Source of the DNA: Candidatus Omnitrophota bacterium
GTDB taxonomy: Bacteria; Omnitrophota; Gorgyraeia; Zapsychrales; Fredricksoniimonadaceae
Direction: 5' to 3'
DNA length: 64,000 nucleotides
Assembly (NCBI GenBank): GCA_963828495.1
Contig: CAWHFJ010000011.1
Location: forward strand, 32,623 to 96,622
Shown here: piece by piece, positions 51,401-61,655 of the stretch
Layout: each line of letters opens with the position of its first letter
Position numbering within the stretch: the stretch's first letter is position 1
Notes under the pieces: model-generated
Seen by the model: the letters and a program-made list of their open reading frames with translations, nothing else
Told to the model about the DNA's origin: nothing
The model's database searches: none
Translations under genes and position numbers: made by a program

Positions 51401-52258
51401 CTACACTGTACTGACCACAAAAACCTGGTTGTAACGCCTGTCAAATTTTCCCCGGAGGCTTAAGGCATGCTTTTGTGACTCGGCCAAAGCAAAAACCGAC
51501 GGGCCGCTGCCGGAAAAACAGACACCGGTGGCACCTGCGTCGAGCAATTTCTTCTTCAAATAAAAAAATTCGGGCCTCAACGACAAAATAACAGGCTCCA
51601 AATCATTGGACAAAGCCCCTGCCAGCCCCTTGATATCCCCTATTTTCAAAAAGGGAAGCAAAATATTAACATTATCCTTTTTGTTTGTCAATTTTAATTT
51701 AAGACGGGTAAAAACCTCTGCTGTATACATTTTAACCCGAGGTGTCACAAGCACATGCCACAACTTGGTCCTTGCCTTCAAAGGCTCTATCAGGTCCCCC
51801 CGGCCGGTGCCTAAAGCAAAAGAACTATCATATAAAAAGAAAGCCACATCGCTGCCTAGGCGTTGGGCATACCGTACTAATCGTTGGGTATCTAAACCCA
51901 AAGACCATAAACGGTTTAGACCCATTAAAACAGAGGCCGCATTGCTGGAGCCGCCGGCTAACCCCGCGGCCACAGGTATATTTTTAATAATATTTATATC
52001 TACACCATCCTTCACAGAAAAATTTTCTTTAAGAAGTACCGCTGCTTTAAACGCTAAATTCCTGGAATCCTGCGGGACTTGAGGATGGCCGCATCGGACG
52101 CGTATTTGGCCACCAGCATGAGGTGTCAGGGTCATACGGTCGGCTAAACTGATACGCTCAAAAACAGTTCTTAATTCATGAAAGCCATCGGGCCGCTTTT
52201 GAAGAACATCGAGGACAAGATTTAATTTACCCGGCGAGAGGACTGTGAGGCGATCCAT
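51401..52258 (-). CDS. ispE: 4-diphosphocytidyl-2-C-methyl-D-erythritol kinase
   Basis: SPGKLNLVLDV, IPVAAGLAGGSSNAA, SGSGPSVF. Confidence 0.9.
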   Translation of the reverse strand: MDRLTVLSPGKLNLVLDVLQKRPDGFHELRTVFERISLADRMTLTPHAGGQIRVRCGHPQVPQDSRNLAFKAAVLLKENFSVKDGVDINIIKNIPVAAGLAGGSSNAASVLMGLNRLWSLGLDTQRLVRYAQRLGSDVAFFLYDSSFALGTGRGDLIEPLKARTKLWHVLVTPRVKMYTAEVFTRLKLKLTNKKDNVNILLPFLKIGDIKGLAGALSNDLEPVILSLRPEFFYLKKKLLDAGATGVCFSGSGPSVFALAESQKHALSLRGKFDRRYNQVFVVSTV

Positions 52259-53244
52259 TTTTCCACTTCTCTGATTTTTTGGTGTACGGCGTTTTGATGA
52301 GGATCTAAATCCAAAGATTTACGCCAAAATTGACAGGCCCTGACAAAATTCTTTTGGGCCTTATACACATCTCCCATATGTTCATAGAGCAAAGGGTCCT
52401 GAATATACGTCGCCGCCTTCTGCAGGGCCATCAAGGCCTTGGCGTACATGCCTTTTTTATAAAACACCCATCCCAAACTGTCATAATAAGCGCCGTTGAT
52501 AGGATCAATTTTAATAGCACGACGCACCATGTTAAGCGCTTCGTCTAAATGGACACCCGCTTCGGCGTACATATACCCCAAAGAATTAAGCGCCTCATCG
52601 TTATCAGGCTGAAGTTCTAACACACGGCGGAATGTTTCTATGGCTTTGGAGGGGGCATTATTATCCGCGTAAACCGACCCCAATAAATAAAGGGCGGTAA
52701 TATTGTCCGGCTCAAGTTTGATAATTTTCAAAAATTGTTCAATCGCCTGAGGCAACTGTTGCCGGGCATAATACAACTGGCCCAAATACAGGTATATGTC
52801 CGTATTCGCAGGTTGATTTTGGGCTGCGTATTTGAGAAGGATTTCGTATTCTGACGCTGCTAAATCATATTTGTGTTCTGAAGAATAAATGAGGGCGAGT
52901 AAATAATGGGCCTCCGATTCCTGCGGAGCCAGGCGTGTGACTGCTTTTAATTGGGTTGTGGCTTGATCAATCACCCCCAAGCGCAAATAATAAGCCCCCA
53001 GTTTTAATCTGGGGGCCGGCTCTAAACCATTAGCTTTAACGGACTTTTTATATTCGGCAATCGCCTCGGGGGTTTGATCGTTGAACTCATAACAAACAGC
53101 CATTATGTAATGCGCCAGGCCACGGGCTTGGGCCTCCACAGTCAATCCCCAAGCGCATGAAGGCGTAGTCATCACTACCAGCCAACAACATAAAACGGCC
53201 GGCATCGCCAACAAGCGTTGCCACAAAAGCATACGAGCCTCCAA
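52222..53244 (-). CDS. TPR repeat protein (secreted)
   Basis: Signal peptide plus about 8 TPR-like units (AHYLLALIY, ALYLLGSVY, ALNSLGYMY, and others). Confidence 0.75.
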   Translation of the reverse strand: MEARMLLWQRLLAMPAVLCCWLVVMTTPSCAWGLTVEAQARGLAHYIMAVCYEFNDQTPEAIAEYKKSVKANGLEPAPRLKLGAYYLRLGVIDQATTQLKAVTRLAPQESEAHYLLALIYSSEHKYDLAASEYEILLKYAAQNQPANTDIYLYLGQLYYARQQLPQAIEQFLKIIKLEPDNITALYLLGSVYADNNAPSKAIETFRRVLELQPDNDEALNSLGYMYAEAGVHLDEALNMVRRAIKIDPINGAYYDSLGWVFYKKGMYAKALMALQKAATYIQDPLLYEHMGDVYKAQKNFVRACQFWRKSLDLDPHQNAVHQKIREVEKWIASQSSRRVN

Positions 53245-53246
53245 AA

Positions 53247-53348
53247 TTAACGGGTGGCTCTCTTTTTGAGATGGCGTAAAGCTTTGCGTAATTTTTTACG
53301 CTTGTGGGTCCGAATTTTGATCAGTTTTCTTTTTCTTCCGCAGGGCAT
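53247..53348 (-). CDS. 33-aa highly basic peptide (bS22/AURKAIP1-like?), missing from the ORF track
   Basis: Own translation: MPCGRKRKLIKIRTHKRKKLRKALRHLKKRATR*. A strong SD (TAAGGAAGG) sits 10 nt upstream of the ATG, the same SD seen before rpsF and the DUF1844 gene. Confidence 0.6.
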   Translation of the reverse strand: MPCGRKRKLIKIRTHKRKKLRKALRHLKKRATR

Positions 53349-53363
53349 AGAGTTATACCTTCC

Positions 53364-54258
53364 TTAATAGATCAGCTTGTTAAGAGAGTATTCAATAATC
53401 CCCTCAGCCCCCAACTCTTTGAGCTGAGGGATAATTTTACGCACAGTCCCCTCATCGATGACTGTTTCCAGCGCCACCCATTGGTCATTGACCAAAGGCG
53501 AAATCGTTGGATTACGTAAGGCTGTGAGCGTTTTTAAAATCTTGTCCAAATTCTTGCGCTGCACATTCATCTTAAGCCCCACCATATTTTTCGCCTGTAA
53601 AGCCCCTTTTAAAAGCAGGATGATCTGCTCCATTTTTTTCTTTTTCCAGGGGTCTTTAAGGGCTTTTTTATTGGCGATAAACTGGGTGGTGGATTCGCAT
53701 AGAGTGTCGACGATGCGCAATTTATTGGCGCGCAGCGAAGAGCCGGTTTCGGTCAACTCCACAATAGCATCCACTAAACCCGTGGCCACTTTGGCTTCGG
53801 TCGCCCCCCAGGAAAATTCCACATCGGCACTGACTTTATGTTTAGCTAAATATTTTTTGGTGACATTGACGACTTCGGTGGCGATTTTCTTGCCCTGCAA
53901 ATCTTTGACCGATTTAATAGAGGAGGCTTCAGGCACCGCCAAAACCCAGCGGACTTTATTACTGGTTTGTTTGGCATACAAAAGTTCGGATAGGGACACC
54001 ACCTTGCGAAGAATTTTCTTCGATCCAGTCAGCGCCGGTAATGCCGCAATCCAAGGTTTCATCCTCCACATAGCGGGACATTTCCTGGGCGCGCAACAGC
54101 ACCGGAGCGATTTCCTCGTCGTCAATTTGGGGAAAATACGAACGGGTGGAAACCATGACCTTAAACCCCGCCTTCTCAAACAAGGCCACCGTCGCATCCT
54201 GCAAACTGCCTTTGGGCAATCCTAATTTTAATTTTTTGAGTTTCTTCATAGACGCCAA
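53364..54258 (-). CDS. hisG: ATP phosphoribosyltransferase, long form (apparent 1-nt insertion in the A/T run near 54015)
   Basis: ORF 53959..54258 carries [22 protein letters not shown] and ...[13 protein letters not shown] 53364..54197 continues with LSELLYAK...RWVLAVPE...[13 protein letters not shown]...[17 protein letters not shown] and the C-terminal regulatory domain. Confidence 0.8.
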
Positions 54259-54301
54259 TTATATCCTCCGCTTGGTGGGATGTAAAGTTATTTTCCAGTA
54301 C

Positions 54302-54330
54302 TTGTCAAATCCCTTCGGCTGGGCTATAAT
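54302..54330 (+). promoter_or_regulatory. Sigma70-type promoter for the plus-strand ppiD-like gene
   Basis: TTGTCA (54302..54307), a 17-nt spacer, then TATAAT (54325..54330). The GAGGTG SD and ATG at 54405 lie about 70 nt downstream. Confidence 0.55.
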
Positions 54331-54404
54331 GCCCAAATTATTTCAGAAACAATAGCTTCGGCCATGGGGGCCCCAGCATAAGCCCTTAACCTATAGAGGT
54401 GATT

Positions 54405-55829
54405 ATGCTTGAGATTTTGCGCAGAAAAGGTGTCAATAAAACAATTTTATGGTTCATCGCGATAGTCATTATCCTTTCCTTTGGCGTGTTCGGTACCGCG
54501 TACCGTTTGGATAATAGCGTCAACAGCGCCGGCAGCATGTATGGCCATAATGTCAGTACCAAAGATTTCCAACAAGCTTATTTAGACACCCGTGACCAGG
54601 CCATTATTCTATATGGCGATCAATTTTTTAAAAACGGCAACCGACTTAACCTGGAACAGGAAACCTGGGACCGCCTGATCCTGCTCAAAGAAGCCCAAAA
54701 ACGCAATATCCAGGCAAGCGACCAGGAAGTCGTGGCCTTCATCGCCTCCATTCCGTTCTTCCAGAGAAGCGGACAGTTTGACCAGATGCTTTATGAAAAC
54801 ATTGTACGCAACCCCAGCGTATTTGACCGCTCCACGCATGAATTCGAAGAAGGCGTACGCAAACAATTGATGATCAAAAAACTGCTCGATAGCTGTGGCC
54901 CCTGAAATAGTGTTGACGGATGCCCAATTAAAACAAGAATATCAGAAGCGTAATGAAAAAATCACCTTGCAGTATGTTTTATTCAACGCGTCGGATTACG
55001 GCAAAAACGCCACGGCCAGCGATGATGAAATTAAAAAATTCTATGACCAACACAAAGAACAATTCCTCCTGCCGCCCTCCATTGTCCTTAATTATGTGCA
55101 AACCAAAGAAAAAGCCCTGGCCGACACTCTTTCCAAAGAGCTTTTCCCTGGGGCTGATTTTGCCGCTGTCGCCAAAAAATTAAACCTCGAGGTCAAAACT
55201 TCGGCCGCTTTTACCCAAGACCAGCCGATTTTAACCTTTGCTTCCAATCCCGATAATATTAAAGAATTCTTTGCCATGAAACCGGGTGAATATTCCAAAC
55301 CTCTGGAAGCTCCCGATGGCTGGCAAGTCGTACAACTCAAAGAGAAAAAGAGTTCTTATGTCCCCGCTTTAGAAGAAATCAAGGATAAAATCAAAGATGC
55401 GGTATTGATGGAAAAAGGGTTTGGCATCGCCAAGCCTAAGGCTGATGAAGCCCTCAAAGAGCTGACCGTAGGACTTAAAGACCAAAAATTTTAAGACCGC
55501 CGCAGAGGCCTTGGGGCTAAAGGTCGAACAAACCCCTGCCTTTGGCCGTCGAGGAATATATCGCCAATGTGGGTTTAATTCAGGAGTTCCAGCAGGAAGC
55601 TGATCTGCTTAACACCGATAAAAGACTCAGCGAAGTCATAGCCACCTCTCAAGGCCCCGCCATCATTTATTTGGAAAAAATGGAAAAGCCTGAAGACGGA
55701 CAGTTCCAATCGGACAAAGAAAATTTCCGGCAAATGTTGAGCGCCGAGGGACGCAACCAAATACTCATTACTTTCATGAGCCAACTGCGCATGAAAGCCG
55801 AAGTCAAAAGCAAAATCAAAAGCCAATAA
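54405..55829 (+). CDS. PpiD/SurA-N-like periplasmic chaperone (three or more apparent frameshifts)
   Basis: N-terminal anchor ILWFIAIVIILSFGVFG and a SurA_N-type region. The frame breaks near 54890, 55493 and 55550 and continues sensibly in each case (...LLDS|VAPEIVLTDAQLKQEY; ...LKDQKF|KTAAEALGLKVEQTPAFGR|EEYIANVGLIQEF). No obvious PPIase core was seen. Confidence 0.65.
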
Positions 55830-57421
55830 TGTATGATACCATTGTTCTGATTTGGGTAGGCTTTATATTCTTTGCTGCAGTATTTTTCGTAAGCGCCGCC
55901 ATCGTATATCTGTTTCAAAACAAAAAAATGGGATTTGATAAAGGATTTCTGCTTTCTTCATCCGCATGCCTGGTTGCGCTTATGCTTTGTCTTTCCATAG
56001 GGCCTGCGATGCATCGCGTTTACCAAGATGAATTCGCCTATATTTCTCAGTCCGTCAATATTCTTTCTTCCGGTCGCCCAAGCATAACATTAAAAGGCAG
56101 TCGCCTTCAACCAGAACTCTTCGCTTCATGGACAACTAATACGAAACTTCCGGGATTTGCCTGGCTTGAGGCGGTTGTATTGTTTGTAGCCCATGATTTT
56201 GAACACAGTTATTTTATATTAAACATAATTTTGGGGACCCTATCGGTCGCAGCGGTTTACAGGATTGCCTGGACTTTGACCACAAGTCATACTGTAGCCT
56301 GGTGGTCGGCGATTTTCTTGGCCTGTTTGCCTGCGCGTATTACTTACTCCATGTCCGCTGGGTCTGATATCGCCGGGTTGTTTTTCTTCCTTCTGTTTCT
56401 TATGTTCATCAGTGAATACAGGGCTCTGCATCTCAAGCGCATTTTGTATGCCGGGCTTTTTTGCGGCATATATAGTATTTGTATTAAACCGTTATATGGC
56501 ATTTTTGTCATTTTTGGATTAGCGTCAGCTTTGTATATTTATCGACGGGATGGTTGGCTGGATAAAAAGCTATACTTACAAATATTGTCAGACAGCGTTT
56601 GTTTATTTTTACCGATCTTGAGTGCTATCCCTTTTATGTTATTGTCTGACTCGAAGGCAGCCGCCTACTCTTTTCAGTTTATATTTAAGAACCTTCACAC
56701 TAGTATTTCCTATTTGTTTAACTATAAACAGAACACTCCTTTAACAGCTTGGGCGGCATTAATGGCTATTGGGCGAAGTGTTTTTTATAAAAAAGACAAT
56801 TTGGTAAATGGGCTCGCAGGATGGTTTTTGATGGGGCTTTTGATGATATCGGTTTTTTGTGCAGGTGGTATTTCTTATCCGGGTTACGCTTATTCGGACC
56901 GTTATATTCTTTTTTTCATTTTTCCGTTTGTATTTTTAGCCGCAAAAGGGATGGTGGCTATCAAAACAAGGGGTCGGCCTCGTCTTTTAGACGCACTGTT
57001 TTTTATTATATTAATTATAAATGCGTTTTTTGCTTCAAGAAATCTTGTTACCGATGCAAAAAAAATATTCTTCTATAAAAAAACATTATTATTAAAACAG
57101 GCGTTCCCATTCGTCCCCAATGAGGCCTATATCATAGATGAATCTGCCGCTTCGATTATGGCGATAACTTCTAAGAAATCAATCCAGATGGCTATTTTTT
57201 TGAACGGAAATTATCCTGAGAAAGTGGTTTATCTGAAAGGCATGTACGACAATGTGCCCGATAATCCTAATGACATATATAATCCCCATGATCCCAAAAA
57301 GTTAGTCTTGCTTGAAAATATTCTGAACACTAGGTATCGTTGTAAGCCGTTGGTGGCCGTACCTTTAAAAGAAGGGTACTTATCGGCAACGCCATGTCTT
57401 TGCACACGAAAAAATGATTAA
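55829..57421 (+). CDS. GT-C fold membrane glycosyltransferase (ArnT/PMT_2-like)
   Basis: 530 aa with about 11 predicted TM helices. A first-loop YQDEFAY motif resembles the DE motif of the GT39/GT83 families. The gene is AT-rich relative to its neighbours. Confidence 0.55.
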   Translation: MYDTIVLIWVGFIFFAAVFFVSAAIVYLFQNKKMGFDKGFLLSSSACLVALMLCLSIGPAMHRVYQDEFAYISQSVNILSSGRPSITLKGSRLQPELFASWTTNTKLPGFAWLEAVVLFVAHDFEHSYFILNIILGTLSVAAVYRIAWTLTTSHTVAWWSAIFLACLPARITYSMSAGSDIAGLFFFLLFLMFISEYRALHLKRILYAGLFCGIYSICIKPLYGIFVIFGLASALYIYRRDGWLDKKLYLQILSDSVCLFLPILSAIPFMLLSDSKAAAYSFQFIFKNLHTSISYLFNYKQNTPLTAWAALMAIGRSVFYKKDNLVNGLAGWFLMGLLMISVFCAGGISYPGYAYSDRYILFFIFPFVFLAAKGMVAIKTRGRPRLLDALFFIILIINAFFASRNLVTDAKKIFFYKKTLLLKQAFPFVPNEAYIIDESAASIMAITSKKSIQMAIFLNGNYPEKVVYLKGMYDNVPDNPNDIYNPHDPKKLVLLENILNTRYRCKPLVAVPLKEGYLSATPCLCTRKND

Positions 57422-57445
57422 TAAAAAATAAGGGCGCCTTATTTC

Positions 57446-57952
57446 TTATTTAGCGCTGAAATAATCTTCGTAATCTGAGGGAAATTGGTGGGTCATATTG
57501 CGGATGGTGCCTTGCTCATCAATAAAAACCATCGTCGGCACTCCAACCAAATGGTAGGGCTCCTGAAAAACATTCTCCTCATCGATAAAACAGCTTAAGT
57601 TTATCTGGCGTCGGATTAAATATTCTTTGACAGCTTCTTTGCTCTCGCCTACGTCCACCAGGATAATCTTGATCCCCTTCTCATGGACTGATGCCAAAGC
57701 TCCGTTGATTTTACCCAGTTCCTCATAGCAGTGAGGGCACCAGGTGGCCCAAAAAACCAAAATGGCTTTTTTCCCCTCACGGGCGTTGATGACGCTGGCC
57801 GATGGTCCATCAGAGTTAGGCAAAACAACATCCGGCGCTGCCTTGCCTATTAAAAAGTCTTGAGAAGACTCTGTGTAGAAATCTCCCCTGGCCCAAACTG
57901 ATGTTGAAAAAGATAAAAATAGAATTAAGAAAATTAGACGCAAATAATGCAT
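57446..57952 (-). CDS. TlpA-like thiol:disulfide oxidoreductase (thioredoxin fold)
   Basis: Signal peptide and ILVFWATWCPHCYEEL (the WCPHC active site). Confidence 0.8.
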   Translation of the reverse strand: MHYLRLIFLILFLSFSTSVWARGDFYTESSQDFLIGKAAPDVVLPNSDGPSASVINAREGKKAILVFWATWCPHCYEELGKINGALASVHEKGIKIILVDVGESKEAVKEYLIRRQINLSCFIDEENVFQEPYHLVGVPTMVFIDEQGTIRNMTHQFPSDYEDYFSAK

Positions 57953-57966
57953 GCTACAAACTCCCC

Positions 57967-58287
57967 TTAGATTACGGAAGAACTGATCCACCCCAAATAA
58001 TCCTTACTGCCATTGACAATAGGCAGGGCGATTATCTCCGGGGTTTGATAACTGTGTAAGGATCTGACTTTGGCCGATACTTTCTTAAATAAAACCTTTT
58101 TGGTCTTTAAAATCAGGTAAACTTCCTGGGACATATCAATTTGCCCCTGCCACCAAAATAACGATTGAACCCCTTCTATAATATTAACACAAGCAATTAA
58201 TTTGGCTTCTAATAAGCCTCGGGCGATTTTTGTTGCTTCTTTTTTATCTTTGGCGGTGACTAAAATGACGATGTAGGAGGTATTCAT
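57967..58287 (-). CDS. cutA: Divalent-cation tolerance protein CutA
   Basis: ARGLLEAKLIACVNII..VQSLFWWQG...HSYQTPEIIALPI. Confidence 0.85.
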   Translation of the reverse strand: MNTSYIVILVTAKDKKEATKIARGLLEAKLIACVNIIEGVQSLFWWQGQIDMSQEVYLILKTKKVLFKKVSAKVRSLHSYQTPEIIALPIVNGSKDYLGWISSSVI

Positions 58288-58290
58288 AGT

Positions 58291-58992
58291 TTATATCAAC
58301 ATCATTAATGATATCATGCGTCCGGCCTTTAGGCCGTCCCTTCTGAAAGAAAAATAATTTTTATGACAACACGTGCATATGCCGCTATCAAAAATATTTT
58401 CTTGCCGTATCCCCAGTTGCAACAATTGGTCACGGTTAGCGCCGATGGCATCCAAGTATAAATGTCCTGCACGCTCTTTGACATGCAAGGGGAAATAGTC
58501 CCTGAATTCTTCACCTACCTGATAACAGCATTCCCGGATGCTTGGGCCTAAAACAATTTTACAATCATAACACCGGCTGGCGTATTTGTCCTGCATTCTT
58601 TGCACAGTTTTAACAGCGATAGACTTGTAAGTCCCCTTCCATCCGGCGTGAGCCAGACCTATGGCTTTTTTTTGTGGATCAAAAATAAAAACCGGCACGC
58701 AATCCGCCGTGCGTATGGCAATAGGCAGATATTTCTCGTTGGTAATATAGGCATCCGCGTCCGGACGGCCTTGGGAAGAGCCCGGTGTCCCCTCTGCCAT
58801 CAAAACATCATCCCCATGGATTTGCTTACGCCAAAATACCTGCGGGATGTCTAACCCGCTACACTTCTTTAAATACGCACGCTGGTCAACCCTCAAAGGG
58901 CTGTCAAAATCGACCGGAGTAAAGTCGACCGAGGCATCACTAGTCATCGCCAAAACACCCTCATCCTTAAAAAATATTTCAGGGGGCATCAA
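58291..58992 (-). CDS. YfiH/PgeF laccase-domain (peptidoglycan editing factor) family protein
   Basis: QIHGDDV, DADAYITN, IRTADCVPVFIFD, GLAHAGWKGT, GPSIRECCYQVGEE. Confidence 0.85.
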   Translation of the reverse strand: MMPPEIFFKDEGVLAMTSDASVDFTPVDFDSPLRVDQRAYLKKCSGLDIPQVFWRKQIHGDDVLMAEGTPGSSQGRPDADAYITNEKYLPIAIRTADCVPVFIFDPQKKAIGLAHAGWKGTYKSIAVKTVQRMQDKYASRCYDCKIVLGPSIRECCYQVGEEFRDYFPLHVKERAGHLYLDAIGANRDQLLQLGIRQENIFDSGICTCCHKNYFSFRRDGLKAGRMISLMMLI

Positions 58993-60085
58993 TCACATCC
59001 TCAGGGTTAGCTAACGCCAAAGAGCCTTTTTTATACTCCTCAATGCGCTGAATTTTTCCGTCTAATTTCTTAAAACTCTTGTCATTAATTTCCGCGTATT
59101 GACCGCTCAGCTTATCAATCAACGAACCTAAATCCGTAAAACGACTCTTGAATAATTCATAATCTTTGATAAAACCTTCAATGAGCTCAATGATTTTCTT
59201 AATGTCTTTTTCAAAGCGAAAATGCTCATGGGCCTGACGGATAACACTTAACATGGCGTACAGCGTGAAAGGTGAACAGAGCACCACTTTCTGTTTGAGA
59301 GCAAAATCCATGACATCCGGCATTTTTTCCTGAATGAGGCCAAAGACCTGCTCATTAGGGATAAACAACAGAACAAAATCTAGGGTATTCTCCGACGGAT
59401 TGATATAATCGCGATTCTGGATCTCTTTAATACGGTCTTTGACGTTTTTAATGAATTCCTTTTCGTAAGTGTCTTTTTGCACCTGGTCGTCCGTGTTGAC
59501 CATATGCAGGTAATTGTCCAAAGGGAATTTAACATCCATGTTGATACAATACCCCTGCGGCAGAAGAAAAGTGAAGTCCGGCTTTGTCATCGTCACATTG
59601 ACACTTTGCTTGAGATAATTGACACCTTCAATAAGGCCCGCATAACGGATGATGTCTTCGGCCATGCGTTCTCCCCATTGACCGCGTAATTTGACATTGC
59701 CTAAAATATTATTTAATCTGCTCGTGGTCTCCTGAAGCTTCAAGGTGGCACTGGAAGCATTTTTAAGTTCATTCTCCAGATGGCCGAACTTGCGGGAACG
59801 GTCCCCCTCAGATTCACGCAGCATTTGCTGGTATTTGGCTAACTCTTCTTTGAGTCCTGCGACCGTATGCTCAATGGCTTGTTTGCGTAGCTCGAGGGCG
59901 GACGCCGCCTCACCTTGGGCCAATGCCATTTGCTGGCGCGCGGTCTGCAAAATCTGTTCCTGGGCCTGGCGCATTTCCTGGGTGATTTGCTTGCGCATAA
60001 AAGAAATTAAAACAACCATGGTCGCAATCAAAACAAGGATACCAGTAACACTTAAAAGAATGACGGACATGGCACTTTCTCCCAT
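58979..60085 (-). CDS. rmuC: DNA recombination protein RmuC
   Basis: N-terminal TM helix plus coiled coil. RGQWGERMAEDII, PDFTFLLPQG...INMDVKFP, LLFIPNEQVF. Confidence 0.85.
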   Translation of the reverse strand: MGESAMSVILLSVTGILVLIATMVVLISFMRKQITQEMRQAQEQILQTARQQMALAQGEAASALELRKQAIEHTVAGLKEELAKYQQMLRESEGDRSRKFGHLENELKNASSATLKLQETTSRLNNILGNVKLRGQWGERMAEDIIRYAGLIEGVNYLKQSVNVTMTKPDFTFLLPQGYCINMDVKFPLDNYLHMVNTDDQVQKDTYEKEFIKNVKDRIKEIQNRDYINPSENTLDFVLLFIPNEQVFGLIQEKMPDVMDFALKQKVVLCSPFTLYAMLSVIRQAHEHFRFEKDIKKIIELIEGFIKDYELFKSRFTDLGSLIDKLSGQYAEINDKSFKKLDGKIQRIEEYKKGSLALANPEDVIDAP

Positions 60086-60417
60086 TTTATTAGATGATCA
60101 TGGCGGTCAAAATACACGTATACTTTGTCTTTGGCCTGACTTAGAATGGCATAACGATAAAGCCACTGTTGGGCTCCCTGGCCCCAATCTTTCTTAAGAA
60201 TGGGCTCGCCAAAAGAAGTCACCCATGAAGCTTTGTCTTTATAATCGCTGATATGCCCCTGGGCTATGGCCCGAGTCAAGGCATCATAATGATCATCGAT
60301 GAATTTGACCAAGCGATGCTGATTGTCTTTTTCCCTGGAATAATCCCCAATCACCGCAAGATCGTCGAGATGTTCAAGAGCGGCGCAGCCGGATGCGCTT
60401 AAGAGTATCGCCAACAT
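60052..60417 (-). CDS. Hypothetical lipoprotein
   Basis: Lipobox LLSASGC after MLAILL. No recognisable family. Confidence 0.45.
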   Translation of the reverse strand: MLAILLSASGCAALEHLDDLAVIGDYSREKDNQHRLVKFIDDHYDALTRAIAQGHISDYKDKASWVTSFGEPILKKDWGQGAQQWLYRYAILSQAKDKVYVYFDRHDHLIKWEKVPCPSFF

Positions 60418-60466
60418 ATAAGGGATAATTCTTCCCAATTTCACCTCCCCTTTCACCCCCACCTAA

Positions 60467-60487
60467 CCTCCCCCATCAAGGGGGAGG
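60467..60487 (-). terminator. GC-rich hairpin downstream of the ABC-F fragment
   Basis: CCTCCCCC-atcaa-GGGGGAGG, an 8-bp stem. The U-tract is weak. Confidence 0.35.
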
Positions 60488-60502
60488 AACAGTCAGGGAA
60501 TC

Positions 60503-61116
60503 TTATTTACTAATCCGGATTTTTTCTTCTTGCAATTGATCTAAAATGACCACGATCTCACGTGTCCGTTTTTGAATTTCTTTCAAGCGTACGCCGTAGG
60601 CCTTGATCATTTGCGGATCGCGGCCAAACGCATCACTTAAAAAACGGGCCTTGACATAGCTTTCCGTTTCTAATTGTTTATTTTCAGCTTCCAGGGCCCT
60701 GGTTTCTTTTTTGATTTCTTCCAAACGCCTGAGGGCTTGAGCGTGACGTTCATGGGCCTGCTTTAACTGCTGGTTCTTAATGTCTTGTGTGGAAGGCAGG
60801 ACTGATTTTTCTTCTCGCCGCTAGAGGAGGGCGTGGGAGTCTTATCTGTTTTCACTGCCTGCGCCTGGATCCCTGCTTTTTTCTCCAAGTAATAATCCAA
60901 CCCGCCATGATAATTCTTCAACGCACCACCCGGCATGACTTCCACAATATGATCGGCGATTTCCTTGACGAAAAACAAATCATGGCTGATAAAACACAGG
61001 GTGCCTGCGTATTTCTTAAAACATTCTGTCAAGGCCTCCACCCCGTCGATGTCCAAATGGGTGGTGGGCTCGTCCAGGCAGATAAAATTCGGCGGATTGA
61101 CCAACAGCTTGGCCAC
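60503..61116 (-). pseudogene. ABC-F family ATPase, C-terminal part only (5'-truncated at ~61116, frameshift near 60795)
   Basis: It begins mid-domain at ...VAKLLVNPPNFICLDEPTTHLDIDGVEAL...FISHDLFFV, with a TAG two codons upstream. The C-terminal coiled coil (KQAHERHAQALRRLEEIKKETRALEAENKQLE...) lies in a second frame. Confidence 0.7.
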
Positions 61117-61652
61117 CGGCTATCGCCCTCGTTGCATTGCTCGGCGGCGCGTCGCTGCCGAGCTGTAGCAAAGGCGCCGGCGCCCCGCCTCAGACCACGG
61201 CCACAATGTACCAGGGATCCACTGGGAAAGTGCGCTTCAACCCATACCCGACATCCTCCTCGTAGTTCGGCCCCAAGCGGCTCGCCGCGATCCGCTCTAC
61301 GGGCCACTCGTCAGCCGCGCCATCGACGCGGCCCGCCAGCAGACGCTTCTCATGACTGCGATCAGCGTTCTCGACTGATGGAAGAGGCCGAAGAGGTCAT
61401 CGTCGGAGTGAGAGAAGACCGTGCGGAGTCTGACGGTGACCTCGTCGTAATCTTCCGCGGCGTTCGTGCAGACATTGACCAGCGAAGATCGTCGACGACA
61501 GCGGTCGCGCTCTTTGGGTCCCGGCCCGAGTGCGTCCGACACGGGCTAACGGAGCTCGTGCGCGCGCAAGCCGAAGCAGTGGTCAGCGGGCGGAAGCCGA
61601 GCCCGGCGCGTCGCTCTTGAGATACCTGGACGGACGTGGTGATTGTCACCGG
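61117..61652. other. High-GC block of foreign composition
   Basis: Hand counts give 46/60 G+C on the line at 61141 and 36/60 at 61381. This compares with about 30/60 in the main body (line 45001) and 15-22/60 to the right. It holds only ORF fragments: a lipobox-like signal ...IALVALLGGASLPSCSKG on the plus strand, and ...RLLAGRVDGAADEWPVERIAASRLGPNYEEDVGYGLKRTFPVDPWYIVAVV* on the minus strand. CACCGGC occurs at both edges (61114..61120 and 61647..61653). Confidence 0.7.
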
Positions 61653-61655
61653 CGA

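Noticed and set aside
55829-57421. Low-GC GT-C glycosyltransferase gene on the minority strand, considered as a horizontally acquired island.
   Set aside because: The AT-richness is largely explained by its Phe/Ile/Leu/Tyr/Lys-rich membrane-protein composition. It shares a transcription unit with the ppiD-like gene, and there are no mobility genes or flanking repeats.
60787-61620. 277-aa plus-strand ORF spanning the ABC-F fragment and the high-GC block.
   Set aside because: The left part is antisense to a recognisable ABC-F coding sequence. The right part is an Arg/Pro/Ala-rich reading typical of a spurious frame in high-GC DNA. No domain-like sequence was seen.
61114-61653. The 7-bp direct repeat CACCGGC at both edges of the high-GC block, considered as a target-site duplication of a mobile element.
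   Set aside because: The flanks are not two halves of one interrupted gene: one is a truncated ABC-F and the other is the 3' end of kynU. There are no terminal inverted repeats and no transposase. Microhomology at a chimeric join, or chance, is more likely.
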